DNA from: a virus
Taxonomy: Duplodnaviria; Heunggongvirae; Uroviricota; Caudoviricetes
Virus record (IMG/VR): IMGVR_UViG_3300027896_000028
Direction: 5' to 3' (one strand)
Length of the DNA stretch: 64,000 nt
Shown: positions 38,302 through 47,621 of the stretch, piece after piece
Layout of the letters: every line of letters starts with the position of its first letter
How positions within the stretch are numbered: the first letter of the stretch is position 1
Position numbers and translations under genes: made by a program
Notes under the pieces: model-generated
Told to the model about the DNA's origin: nothing
The model's input: the letters and a program-made list of their open reading frames with translations, nothing else
Databases searched by the model: none

Positions 38302-39516
38302 TTAAACCCCAGCACCTAAGTCCCAGGTTCTGATAGTACCTGCATTATTGTATTCAGCTATTAAGTTGCCAGATGAAACGTCAATACGGAAAGCTAAACC
38401 ACCACGCATCAAAGTACCATCTATTTCGTTACCCACTATCGCACCACCATCTGTAAGAGCGGATAGCGTAGGAACTGTCATCGCCACAGTCCCAGTTTGA
38501 TGTATACGTATACTACTACGTGAATTAGTACTGTTGTGTCTACCAAATTCCATAACACGGAAAGGGGCTGGCCCTATGTTTACAGCCATACCAACTACAA
38601 CCGATTCGTTTGCGGAAACTGAATTTTCCCAACCGAATATTTGTGAGGAAACGTTTCCAGAAGCTATCTGATTAAATCCGCCAATCACTGTAGAATTCGT
38701 ACCTAGCAGTTGGTTATTACAACCTACTACAGTTGATGTATTACCGCTACCGTTTATTGTATTAATAGAGCCAACAATTGTAGCATTATCGCAGGTATCA
38801 TAATTGCTAGATGTCATTGTATTACCATAACCGACTACTGTCGCATTATCAAAGTATTTTGCAGACATTGTATTACTACAACCAACAGCTGTAACATTCA
38901 GTTGAGGTATATTGCCGTAACCATTTGAAACTGTATTGTTGTACCCAAACACGGCGGCATTTTCACCGTGGACTGTATTCTTATAACCAAATGCGCAACC
39001 TTTCTGACCGTCTGCAATTGAATTTTTGTAACCAATTGCTGTAGACCGATAAGCTGATGCAGTGTTATTATAACCGAAGGTAGAAGTATAATAACCACTA
39101 GAAGTGTTGCCATGACCAAAAGCCGAACTATACGGACTACCGACTGTGTTGCTATGACCAAATGCGGAGCCACCCGAAAGGTAAGTTGGGTAAGACCATG
39201 TCGTCGAGTGAACTACATTACGAAAACCGACTGCAGAGCTTTCATTAAAGTAATTCGAAACGGTGTTATTGCAACCAACCGCAGAACCGTTCACACTACC
39301 CGCATAATTACCCCATCCCATTGCAACTGCATGAGCATACATACCTGCCGTCGTATTACTACTACCCACTCTAATCTCACCGCTTGGTAATCCATTAACA
39401 ACAGAGACTGCTGTAGCTCTAAACTCTGTGTTAGAGTTAGTATTGTAACCAACTAATTGAGCATCAGTTAGCTGTGTATTATCTTTCGATGCGAAGTTAG
39501 TAAAATTCTGTGACAT
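38302..39516 (-). CDS. fiber/adhesin-like repeat protein, paralog A (YadA-head/Hep_Hag-like repeats)
   Basis: 404 aa. Starts MSQNFTNFAS. Central S(A/T)(A/F)(F/I)GY.NT degenerate heptad-ish repeats. Conserved C-terminal domain ...DGTLMRGGLAFRIDVSSGNLIAEYNNAGTIRTWDLGAGV. Confidence 0.55.
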   Translation of the reverse strand: MSQNFTNFASKDNTQLTDAQLVGYNTNSNTEFRATAVSVVNGLPSGEIRVGSSNTTAGMYAHAVAMGWGNYAGSVNGSAVGCNNTVSNYFNESSAVGFRNVVHSTTWSYPTYLSGGSAFGHSNTVGSPYSSAFGHGNTSSGYYTSTFGYNNTASAYRSTAIGYKNSIADGQKGCAFGYKNTVHGENAAVFGYNNTVSNGYGNIPQLNVTAVGCSNTMSAKYFDNATVVGYGNTMTSSNYDTCDNATIVGSINTINGSGNTSTVVGCNNQLLGTNSTVIGGFNQIASGNVSSQIFGWENSVSANESVVVGMAVNIGPAPFRVMEFGRHNSTNSRSSIRIHQTGTVAMTVPTLSALTDGGAIVGNEIDGTLMRGGLAFRIDVSSGNLIAEYNNAGTIRTWDLGAGV

Positions 39517-39537
39517 ATATGTGATTATTTAATGCTC

Positions 39538-40347
39538 TCAGTAACCAAAAGCATTAAAAAACCAGGTGTGGTCGTTACGAATCATGTTGGCCAAGTCTTT
39601 GCCTAAAACATCATTATAATCAGGTTTAACGGCTTTAAGCGAAGTTGCTACCTGATGATTACCATACACGCCAAAATGCGAGTCGTCTTCAAACACTTCT
39701 TTCTTCAGATTATTGAAGTCATGAGTGAATGGATCTATGCCAATATATTCGTACACCTTATTCATTGTCTCTTGCGGTGCCATGCAAAGATCCTCGTATC
39801 GGACGAATAGAATCTTCTTATCTATACCACGTTGAAATGAATCGGCTGTACGTAATAACGCTAATCCGATAGGTTGAGTATTCAACCAATGCTGAATGCG
39901 CTGGCCTGTAGTCATGTTAGTTAGATTAACTGGATTATCTGTACCAACAGGCAAATGACGAGTCTTGCGGTAAACCTTTTCCATACTAGCAATAGAAGCT
40001 CTCAAATCTCTAACCATACAGATCATCTTCGGGTTAGGATTCCATTGGTCTACCCATTCATAGTAATGAGACCAACCTCTATTCTTATCGCATACAATTG
40101 GACGATTAGTAATAGGCGCGTAATAGGAATCTGCCATTCCTTTGCACATGTTGATGAAACCTTTTAACATCAACTCGGGATCTTGAGATTTGACTTCAGG
40201 AAGATTGTAGTTGCCACGAGCCGCAAATTGATATTCAAGCAATGGTGAGGTGGCGCTACCGTAGATATTAGGATTCTGGTGCAGAATGACTTGAAGTAGT
40301 TCGGAGCCACTACGGGGCATCGATGTATTAAAAATCAGCTTTTCCAT
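39538..40347 (-). CDS. sulfotransferase-family protein
   Basis: 269 aa. The 5'-PSB-like loop SMPRSGSELL and the 3'-PB-like RDLRASIAS are arranged as in PAPS-dependent sulfotransferases. Confidence 0.6.
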   Translation of the reverse strand: MEKLIFNTSMPRSGSELLQVILHQNPNIYGSATSPLLEYQFAARGNYNLPEVKSQDPELMLKGFINMCKGMADSYYAPITNRPIVCDKNRGWSHYYEWVDQWNPNPKMICMVRDLRASIASMEKVYRKTRHLPVGTDNPVNLTNMTTGQRIQHWLNTQPIGLALLRTADSFQRGIDKKILFVRYEDLCMAPQETMNKVYEYIGIDPFTHDFNNLKKEVFEDDSHFGVYGNHQVATSLKAVKPDYNDVLGKDLANMIRNDHTWFFNAFGY

Positions 40348-40385
40348 ATGCTGATTATTTAATTAAAAGTTCTAAAAATCAAATG

Positions 40386-40643
40386 CTATACACCTACACC
40401 TAAATCCCAAGTTTTGATAGTACCGCCACTGTTATGATCAACCATTAAGTGGCCAGTAGACGGATCAATTCGAAAACCCAAACCATTACGCATTAAAGTA
40501 CCATCTATCTCTTGACCTAAACTGCTGCCGCCGTCAGCAAATGCGGATGCAGTTAACGTTGTAAAGGTTGTAGCACCTGTATTAGTATGCATACGAATGC
40601 CTGTGCGGGATACGAAGTTGGTAAAATTCTGCGACATACGCAA
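40386..40643 (-). CDS. truncated fiber paralog (shared N-terminus and C-terminal domain only)
   Basis: 85 aa. MRMSQNFTNFVSR... then directly the conserved GTLMRNGLGFRID...WDLGVGV C-domain. Confidence 0.5.
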   Translation of the reverse strand: MRMSQNFTNFVSRTGIRMHTNTGATTFTTLTASAFADGGSSLGQEIDGTLMRNGLGFRIDPSTGHLMVDHNSGGTIKTWDLGVGV

Positions 40644-40647
40644 TTAT

Positions 40648-41784
40648 TTATACTAACAAACCTAAATCTAATGATGTGACATTGCCAGACGCATTATTGA
40701 ATTGTAGTATCGCGTGATTGCTTGTGCTAATACGAACAGCAATACTGCCACGCATTAATGTACCATCGACTTCGCTGCCTGCAGTAGATCCACCGTCTGT
40801 AAAGGCTGTATCGGTTTGTGGAACGGTAAGGTTAGTCATACCACTTGCAGTATGCATACGAACCGCTGCTCGAGTAGTGCTCCAATCACCGAGCTCTAAT
40901 GCCCCTTTAGTTGAATGTACGCTACGACCGATAGCTGTACTATTCGTATCTTCACTGTTACCGTAGCCAACTGAACATCCTATCCCGATGGCTATTAAGT
41001 TGTTAGTACCATTACCATCAGGGTCTACTACATTACTATTACCTAATATCAAACAGTTAGTACCATTAAGTGTATTGCTGTTACCAACCACTACTCCTCC
41101 TTGATTCACAATTGCGTAATTGCTATTACCTACAACGAAAGCATTTACAAACCCTGCTTGTTGAGCATGAGTAGAATTACCAAATATACAATTACCAGGA
41201 CCGATTGGGACGTTGCTATTACCAACTATAATAGTACCAGTATCATCAGCTGTGCTTCGATTATTGTAACCAAATATTGCACCATGATTACCGGCTAATA
41301 TATTATTACTTCCAACCGCTGTTGAAAAGTATCGAAGATTCGTATTGACTGAGTTATTATAACCTATAGCGACTGTGTTGTAACCATGAGCTGTGTTATT
41401 AATACCTAGTGCTGTGCTGTGATCAACAGTAGCGCTATTACCTGCACCTACAGCAACAGCGTTAGTGTAACCGTTGGCTGTGTTGGCATTACCTATTGCT
41501 GCTGAACTACCTGTTCCGTATCCGAAATTACTAATACTGTTATTGCTGATACCTATAGCTGTTACTAAATTACCTGAATACCCTGAATTAAAGGAACCTG
41601 TATTACCATCACCTATCATCACCATCTGACTGCTACTACCATCAGGTGTGCTTAAATGGTTGACAACATTTAATAAATCAGCTCGGAATTCAACATTTGC
41701 AGCCGGGCTATAACCTACAATCTGAACCCCAGAGAGTTCGGCCGATGTTGTTCTCTCTGTGAAGTTAGTGAAATTCTGCGACAT
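40648..41784 (-). CDS. fiber/adhesin-like repeat protein, paralog B
   Basis: 378 aa. MSQNFTNFTE N-terminus, GNSN/GYNN repeat core and the same C-terminal domain. Confidence 0.55.
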   Translation of the reverse strand: MSQNFTNFTERTTSAELSGVQIVGYSPAANVEFRADLLNVVNHLSTPDGSSSQMVMIGDGNTGSFNSGYSGNLVTAIGISNNSISNFGYGTGSSAAIGNANTANGYTNAVAVGAGNSATVDHSTALGINNTAHGYNTVAIGYNNSVNTNLRYFSTAVGSNNILAGNHGAIFGYNNRSTADDTGTIIVGNSNVPIGPGNCIFGNSTHAQQAGFVNAFVVGNSNYAIVNQGGVVVGNSNTLNGTNCLILGNSNVVDPDGNGTNNLIAIGIGCSVGYGNSEDTNSTAIGRSVHSTKGALELGDWSTTRAAVRMHTASGMTNLTVPQTDTAFTDGGSTAGSEVDGTLMRGSIAVRISTSNHAILQFNNASGNVTSLDLGLLV

Positions 41785-41859
41785 ATGAAGTATTTATTCT
41801 TCATATAACAGAATTGTTGGTATGTAGTGAGTAGAATTTAGTCTAAGCTATCACTAACA

Positions 41860-42087
41860 CTACCCTTTATAATCAGCTAGATCTTTAAAATCAGTCAAAT
41901 AAACAAAATTTTCGATGATTATGTATGTCCCTAAATCACCATCAGATTCGGACTGCTCGATAGCTACACAAGGAAATTGTGCAGGTTTACCTATGGAATA
42001 TCTGGTATAACTATCATTCTTCCAATATTTGGCTTGGTGCTGCTTGAACGCCTTCTCGTCTGCTAAGTATGTTTTTTCGACGATCAT
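41860..42087 (-). CDS. hypothetical protein
   Basis: 75 aa. Confidence 0.4.
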   Translation of the reverse strand: MIVEKTYLADEKAFKQHQAKYWKNDSYTRYSIGKPAQFPCVAIEQSESDGDLGTYIIIENFVYLTDFKDLADYKG

Positions 42088-42088
42088 A

Positions 42089-42556
42089 TTATCCTTGAGT
42101 TATCGGTGTACGAATTAAAGGATCTTTAAAAGTCTTCTTGCTCATGATCTCTTGCACCTTTTCAAAACTGATAGGGAAGTAGTTATGACAGTCAACACCT
42201 ACGTCGATTGAGAGAGCATGTGGATCATCTGGTAACGTATTGTGAGTATGACCGTACAAGTGCCAAGCGCCGCGATGAGATTGGTTCCAAACGCGCATAG
42301 CATAATGACACAATGTAATACTCTTATCGCGACAAGTGATCTCTCTATAGCTATCAGAGTATGAGTAAAACTTCTCTCTATTCTGCCAAGCTATATGGTC
42401 ATGATTACCTTTAACAAGTACAATCAAACCGTTAAGGCGTTTGAGATAACTATCAAAACCATACTCAGTCTTGGTAAAAGCGAAATCACCGAGGTGATAA
42501 ATTAGGTCATCTTTCTTCACAACACTATTCCAATTAGCGATTAAAGCCTCATCCAT
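42089..42556 (-). CDS. metallophosphoesterase
   Basis: 155 aa with LGDFAF, GNHDH and GHTHN motifs. Confidence 0.7.
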   Translation of the reverse strand: MDEALIANWNSVVKKDDLIYHLGDFAFTKTEYGFDSYLKRLNGLIVLVKGNHDHIAWQNREKFYSYSDSYREITCRDKSITLCHYAMRVWNQSHRGAWHLYGHTHNTLPDDPHALSIDVGVDCHNYFPISFEKVQEIMSKKTFKDPLIRTPITQG

Positions 42557-42670
42557 TTCAACAGAGCTCTTGAACGGGCGATTACAATACTTGATTATGT
42601 TAGAATGTCCGAAATGAGCTAGGTGTCAGCGGTGAACCAAGTATGGTACCCGCTGACATCACCTTTCTCT

Positions 42671-43539
42671 TTAAATTGTTGATTCATAATATTTGTTTAT
42701 ATACTCTTCTTTGTTATATCTCTCTCCTCGTTTGTATCTATCTATAAGTATAACACATAGCTGCTGCTCTTGCCACTCTTTTTTGAAAGATAAAATTTTA
42801 TCAAACAATTGATCCAGGGTCATGCCATCAGCATCTGTATATCTCCCTTTCTTTTTACTGACATTTTCACTATGGGTCAGTATTTGGCAATTACAAGGAT
42901 GGCGCAATATCTCCGGAAACACTTTATTTTGGAATCCTGTTCTTCTAGAATATATGTGATCTCGTACAACCCCATCAATATTTGTTGTGTTATTAAAAAC
43001 ACCACAATTTGATAATTTATTTTTAGTATCCTTTACAATATCAAACATTCTTTGATTCCAATTGGCGCAATCACGATAAAAAATATAATCATCCTTTTGA
43101 TTGAGTGGGACCCAGTAACCCTTCTCTTCGTATTGTTTTCGTTGTCTCGATTTATATTCAGGTGTAAATTTATTTCTCGATTTAATACCTATGAGCTGTT
43201 TTATTTCATCTGTATGTTTGTGTGAATACGATTCAGCGTCACGATGTTCATGCATAGCGCGAATGCGTTGTTTAGAGAATTTTTTCCTCTGTTCGCAGTA
43301 CCCGCCTTAAACCTATATTCATCGTTAACCTTGGATTTTACAAGTCGTGATTGCTCTTGTTTTTGCTTCAGGGACCATTTGTTTTTGTAATTGGGGTTAT
43401 TAGCCCCACGAAGAGCAGTCTTATACAATATCCTTTGGCATTCTTTTGAACATACAGGGGTATTTGAATTCACTTGGCATGCGTATCGTTTAAATGATGT
43501 TTTACAGACCGCACATTTATATGTAGACTGATTCTTCAT
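42671..43539 (-). pseudogene. HNH homing endonuclease, split into two frames (frameshifted or programmed)
   Basis: ORF 43201..43539 carries an N-terminal zinc finger and a GANNPNYKNKWS NUMOD-like motif. ORF 42671..43255 in another frame carries the HNH core (HIYSRR...HPCNCQILTHSEN). The overlap region contains a T-rich run. Confidence 0.5.
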
Positions 43540-43739
43540 ATAAATATTTAGTCATATCGCGTGTCCAAAATGGGTATCAGATGTGAACCAAGTGCTCATA
43601 TTATTTTTTAAGCCATTCCAGTATAAAATGTATCCACCAAAGCACACCATTGACAAGCATTAGCCAGTAAGCTAACACAGCTGCCATTTTAGTAAAATCA
43701 TTTTGTCTATCTAAATACCTGGCTAATGTTTTCATCATA

Positions 43740-43994
43740 TTATTTCCTAAACCAACTCTCAGTAATATCCATAATACGGAATACTCTGGGAGCCACTATG
43801 TCACTTATAAAAATACAAAACCAAACTATCGGTCCATGTAGAGCTTTATAAAGAAGCCTCTTACGTGGATTGGGTATCTCGTTTTCAGCGGCATACCTAC
43901 CATTACCATCATAATACATCGCCGCGCCTATGCAGCTATATGTTATGATTGCAAATGCAATTAGAAGATTTATCAATATTCTTATGTCTGACAT
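43740..43994 (-). CDS. membrane protein
   Basis: 84 aa with two TM helices. Confidence 0.4.
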   Translation of the reverse strand: MSDIRILINLLIAFAIITYSCIGAAMYYDGNGRYAAENEIPNPRKRLLYKALHGPIVWFCIFISDIVAPRVFRIMDITESWFRK

Positions 43995-44009
43995 ATTAAG
44001 ATTATATCT

Positions 44010-44573
44010 TTATTTCAGATAAGTGGCAAGTGTTTTTAGCGTTTCACTAAAGGAAACTGAAGACACTTTACAAATACCACCTAGCTTGCGTTCCACCATG
44101 CCGTATAGCCATTTACAGAGATTTTCCGAAGTTGGTACAAATTGCACCAATACTAACCCACCCGCCACTTCAATATGATGGGGCGCCGTTGATGGTGTTG
44201 GCGCGATACAATACTCTACGTGATCATTTACAACAACCGCTTGAACGGCATTGAGATCTAGTGCTGATACCTTATCGAGATTTGTTCGCGTGGAATTGAC
44301 AAAATCAATCGCCCACGGGTCTTCGAGATCTAAAATGGTTTTATGGTCCAGCTGATCATCTATAAACTTCTTAAACCAATTCAAATTAACATAATCAAGA
44401 AGCATGCCTTGCGGGTTAACCATTTCCCCTTCTAACTCCACTGTGATGATAGAGTTGTGGCCATGGCACCTCTTACATTTGCAAATAGAATTGTTTGAGA
44501 GTTCATCAGAAAGCTCTTGTTTCCAGACACGATGGGTGTAGCAGAGTTCGAATTGTTTTGAGATTTTATACAT
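44010..44573 (-). CDS. 6-carboxytetrahydropterin synthase (QueD/PTPS)-like protein
   Basis: 187 aa with a CxxxHGH motif (CKRCHGHNSIITVELEG). Confidence 0.6.
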   Translation of the reverse strand: MYKISKQFELCYTHRVWKQELSDELSNNSICKCKRCHGHNSIITVELEGEMVNPQGMLLDYVNLNWFKKFIDDQLDHKTILDLEDPWAIDFVNSTRTNLDKVSALDLNAVQAVVVNDHVEYCIAPTPSTAPHHIEVAGGLVLVQFVPTSENLCKWLYGMVERKLGGICKVSSVSFSETLKTLATYLK

Positions 44574-44585
44574 ATCATTATTATA

Positions 44586-45287
44586 CTATATTTTTTTCTT
44601 AAATCCACAAGAAGGTGTTGAAGTTCCGTAGATTTCTAAATACGATTTCCCTATTTTAGAGTGATTAGGACAATAATAATGTCCAGGTGTTTTAACCATT
44701 TTATTACAACCGCATAAACAAGCTCGAGGTTTTTTGCATTCTACACAAAAACGACCTTTGATATCTGCTGACATAAATTCATTCTTACAGTTCTCACATA
44801 TATGTTTAAATTTTTTATCTTTAAGCTTATACGGCCCTTTCTTTTGCCCTGTTCGACTTAGAACCATCTTTAATCTACTCTCTGCAGAGTGAACTTTGCC
44901 TTTATTGCTTTGAGATATCTTTCGTCTAGTCTCATCAGATATAGTGCGTATTGAATTATTTTGTGATACCATTTTACTATGTTGTATTTTTAATTTTTCG
45001 TATACAACTGATGTAACTTTATAATCTCTTAATACTCTACTATTTTCTGTATTCAGTTGATTACACATGGCCCATAGGGCAAATTTAAGTTTGTTGTTAT
45101 CAGGGTATATCCTTGTCAGTAATTGATGGCATATAAAATGCTCTCTTGCTGTTAAAGACACCTTGTTTGTTTTGCTATTATTGCCGCTCAGGCATTTTGG
45201 TATAATGTGATGTTTTTCGGTGTAACCTTGTAGTACTCGTTGTTTAGCCCTTTCAATGATGTCGTCGTAAATCTTCTTATATTTCAT
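44586..45287 (-). CDS. HNH homing endonuclease
   Basis: 233 aa. HNH core EKHHIIPKC...REH, NUMOD3-like repeats (ETRRKISQSNKGK.HS) and a C-terminal Cys cluster. Confidence 0.7.
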   Translation of the reverse strand: MKYKKIYDDIIERAKQRVLQGYTEKHHIIPKCLSGNNSKTNKVSLTAREHFICHQLLTRIYPDNNKLKFALWAMCNQLNTENSRVLRDYKVTSVVYEKLKIQHSKMVSQNNSIRTISDETRRKISQSNKGKVHSAESRLKMVLSRTGQKKGPYKLKDKKFKHICENCKNEFMSADIKGRFCVECKKPRACLCGCNKMVKTPGHYYCPNHSKIGKSYLEIYGTSTPSCGFKKKI

Positions 45288-45324
45288 ATTAATTATTTAT
45301 ATGAAATGCTTTAATATACACGTA

Positions 45325-45624
45325 TTATTTGGGTGACATATCTGGATTTATAGCCCATTGAATGCATTTCATATCTGTGATATCCACTAAGCGGATACCG
45401 TTCTTCGTTTTAAAGGTAACATGGTTATCTACCTTAGGCGGTTCTATTTTAGGCTGACAATTATCGCAACGTTTGATGTGAAAATCCCAATGGCCACAAA
45501 CATCACAAAAAAAGCCACACGAAGGTTTCCCTTCATGCGGCTTGGACGGATCTGTATTGCCAGAATAAGGCATAAACAGTTTGAAAATGTAGTAGCTAAT
45601 ATCTGTTGTAGGATTTGTAGTCAT
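45325..45624 (-). CDS. cysteine-rich small protein
   Basis: 99 aa with CGFFCDVCGH...CDNC. Confidence 0.4.
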   Translation of the reverse strand: MTTNPTTDISYYIFKLFMPYSGNTDPSKPHEGKPSCGFFCDVCGHWDFHIKRCDNCQPKIEPPKVDNHVTFKTKNGIRLVDITDMKCIQWAINPDMSPK

Positions 45625-46694
45625 TACTTCTTGCTGTCATAGTGTTTGTTAATGATTTTAAAGCTCTTACCGCCTTTCATTTTAACGACAACACCCTCGA
45701 AAGGTACACCATTAATATTGTCAATACCTTCATCGTACTTCTTAATCAATTCAGGTGTTAAGACAACATCCTTCTCAATCATAGGAACTGTTTCAATGCC
45801 AAGAGCTTCGGCTACCTTTACATAGTAGTGTGGAGACTCAATACCTTCATACTGAAGTGTATTGAAATTATAAACGCTGAACAATGCAAAGCCTAATGGT
45901 TTACTAGAATGGGGGTTGATAGACATCTTCTGAATACCATTACCATACATCTCACCGCGTAAGGCTAAGCTGACTTTATGCTTAACGCAGTAATCTTTAA
46001 GCTTCGCAACCAAATCCTTTTCTTTAGCAATAGTGGTGTACTTGTTAACACATTCTGTCTTCAACTCCATGCTTCGAGTGGTGATACCAATATGGTAATG
46101 ACTCGACCAATCTGATGTCTCTAATTGAGCTGCTACCTCTTTACAGAAGACTGTCATGCTACTTCCATCGATTTTCAAAGTAACATCTACAACCTCGCCA
46201 TAAGGAATAGCATCCAAGTTCTGGTAACGCTCTTCATCTGTCTTGCCTAAGCCTGTAGGCAACGGACCTTTAGCATCCAAGTCTTGCGGTATTGGTGGCT
46301 CATATTTAGTGACACCAAGAATATCAGCAACATCCGCACCTTCTAAACCACCAACAACAGTTCCAGAGAATGCATTCATTCGCTCTATTTCAACCGTAGG
46401 AACAATACCCAATGATTCAACAATACCCATACTCCAACTGCCGCGAAGCTTTACAGCTTTCACGCGACTGGATTTGGCTTTGTAGAAAGCAGCCCATTCT
46501 TTATCAGGGAGAACAGTATCAGGCTGGATGAATACAATCAGTTCACCAACTTTATATTGATCACGCTTAACGATACACTGATAGCCCAACACCTTGACAA
46601 TGTCTAAAGTATCTGCATTGCTGTGATGAGCTACTTCTAAAATTTTTTCAATAGATGCGAGTTTCATATTCAAATTATAGCGATTATTTAGCAA
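45624..46694 (-). CDS. ATP-dependent RNA ligase (DraRnl/Rnl5-like: N-terminal OB/tRNA-binding-like domain plus C-terminal nucleotidyltransferase)
   Basis: 356 aa. The N-terminus EVAHHSNADTLDIVKVLGYQCIV resembles the tRNA-binding OB fold. Motif I is KIDGSS, motif IV PFEGVVVK and motif V KIINK. Confidence 0.65.
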   Translation of the reverse strand: MLNNRYNLNMKLASIEKILEVAHHSNADTLDIVKVLGYQCIVKRDQYKVGELIVFIQPDTVLPDKEWAAFYKAKSSRVKAVKLRGSWSMGIVESLGIVPTVEIERMNAFSGTVVGGLEGADVADILGVTKYEPPIPQDLDAKGPLPTGLGKTDEERYQNLDAIPYGEVVDVTLKIDGSSMTVFCKEVAAQLETSDWSSHYHIGITTRSMELKTECVNKYTTIAKEKDLVAKLKDYCVKHKVSLALRGEMYGNGIQKMSINPHSSKPLGFALFSVYNFNTLQYEGIESPHYYVKVAEALGIETVPMIEKDVVLTPELIKKYDEGIDNINGVPFEGVVVKMKGGKSFKIINKHYDSKK

Positions 46695-46817
46695 AAGACA
46701 AGATTAAAGTTGTGACACCATATAAGAAGTATACAATAGCCATCTTGTAGTTACATTTAATGATGGCTTCGATAGCTGCTCCGAAGAGCATGAAACCAGC
46801 TGCAGTATTACATATAT

Positions 46818-47027
46818 TCACTGTACAACCTCCTCTTTCCATTTAGTCCCGTCAAACCAGTTAAGTTTCTTTTGCGCCTCTTCTAAAGTATAGAAGGTGT
46901 CAGTACACCAAAGATCGGTATTATACGAAGCGTCTACCCAGCACCATCTAAACAAGCAATGCTTTTGCTGTATAACATATGTAACCTTACCTTCCGGATT
47001 TTCTCTTTTAATGATTCTAGCTTTCAT
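46818..47027 (-). CDS. hypothetical protein
   Basis: 69 aa. Confidence 0.4.
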   Translation of the reverse strand: MKARIIKRENPEGKVTYVIQQKHCLFRWCWVDASYNTDLWCTDTFYTLEEAQKKLNWFDGTKWKEEVVQ

Positions 47028-47028
47028 A

Positions 47029-47247
47029 TTATTTCAACCACATTGTTAATCCCCACACAATCCAAGCAATAGCAGTACCTACAAAGCATATAATCATAAC
47101 AAGCGCTGTGAACATACCAGCAAACCACCCCGTATCTTTTCGTTCCATGTATGCCATAATGTATGCCATAATAAGTGTCGCAGCGAAACCTAGCAGTGTT
47201 ATAAATTCTGGTACAACCCAACTTGTCAAATGTATTGTAATATTCAT
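47029..47247 (-). CDS. membrane protein
   Basis: 72 aa with two TM helices. Confidence 0.4.
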   Translation of the reverse strand: MNITIHLTSWVVPEFITLLGFAATLIMAYIMAYMERKDTGWFAGMFTALVMIICFVGTAIAWIVWGLTMWLK

Positions 47248-47249
47248 AT

Positions 47250-47564
47250 CTAGGAGTTTTTAAGGTGTGACAAAGTCTGCTCCATCTCTTTGATGTCAGC
47301 TTCGTACGTCTCAGCTAACATCTTATTCTTTCGAGTAGTTCGACCTAAGCTTATATCATGAAATGCTAGAAGCTCCTTCGTACTATCCAACCCATTTTGA
47401 ATACATCGTATAGCTGCATAGATATAATCCTTCTGTATCGTTCGCATCTCTGGCTGATAAGAGATAGGATTAACAAATTCAGCTGCGTGATATTCACTTA
47501 AACCGTGCGTTGGACAGTTACGACCTTCCCCGCAGCAGCAATTCGCTATATTTGTAGTATTCAT
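47250..47564 (-). CDS. hypothetical protein
   Basis: 104 aa. Confidence 0.45.
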   Translation of the reverse strand: MNTTNIANCCCGEGRNCPTHGLSEYHAAEFVNPISYQPEMRTIQKDYIYAAIRCIQNGLDSTKELLAFHDISLGRTTRKNKMLAETYEADIKEMEQTLSHLKNS

Positions 47565-47569
47565 TATGT

Positions 47570-47609
47570 TAAAAGTAGAAAGCTGGCCTCTAGATCTCTA
47601 GAGGCCAGC
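47570..47609 (-). terminator. rho-independent terminator
   Basis: Perfect 12-bp palindromic stem GCTGGCCTCTAG/CTAGAGGCCAGC with a 4-nt loop, just downstream of the SPFH gene stop. T-rich on the minus strand. Confidence 0.6.
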
Positions 47610-47621
47610 TATTGTTGTTGA

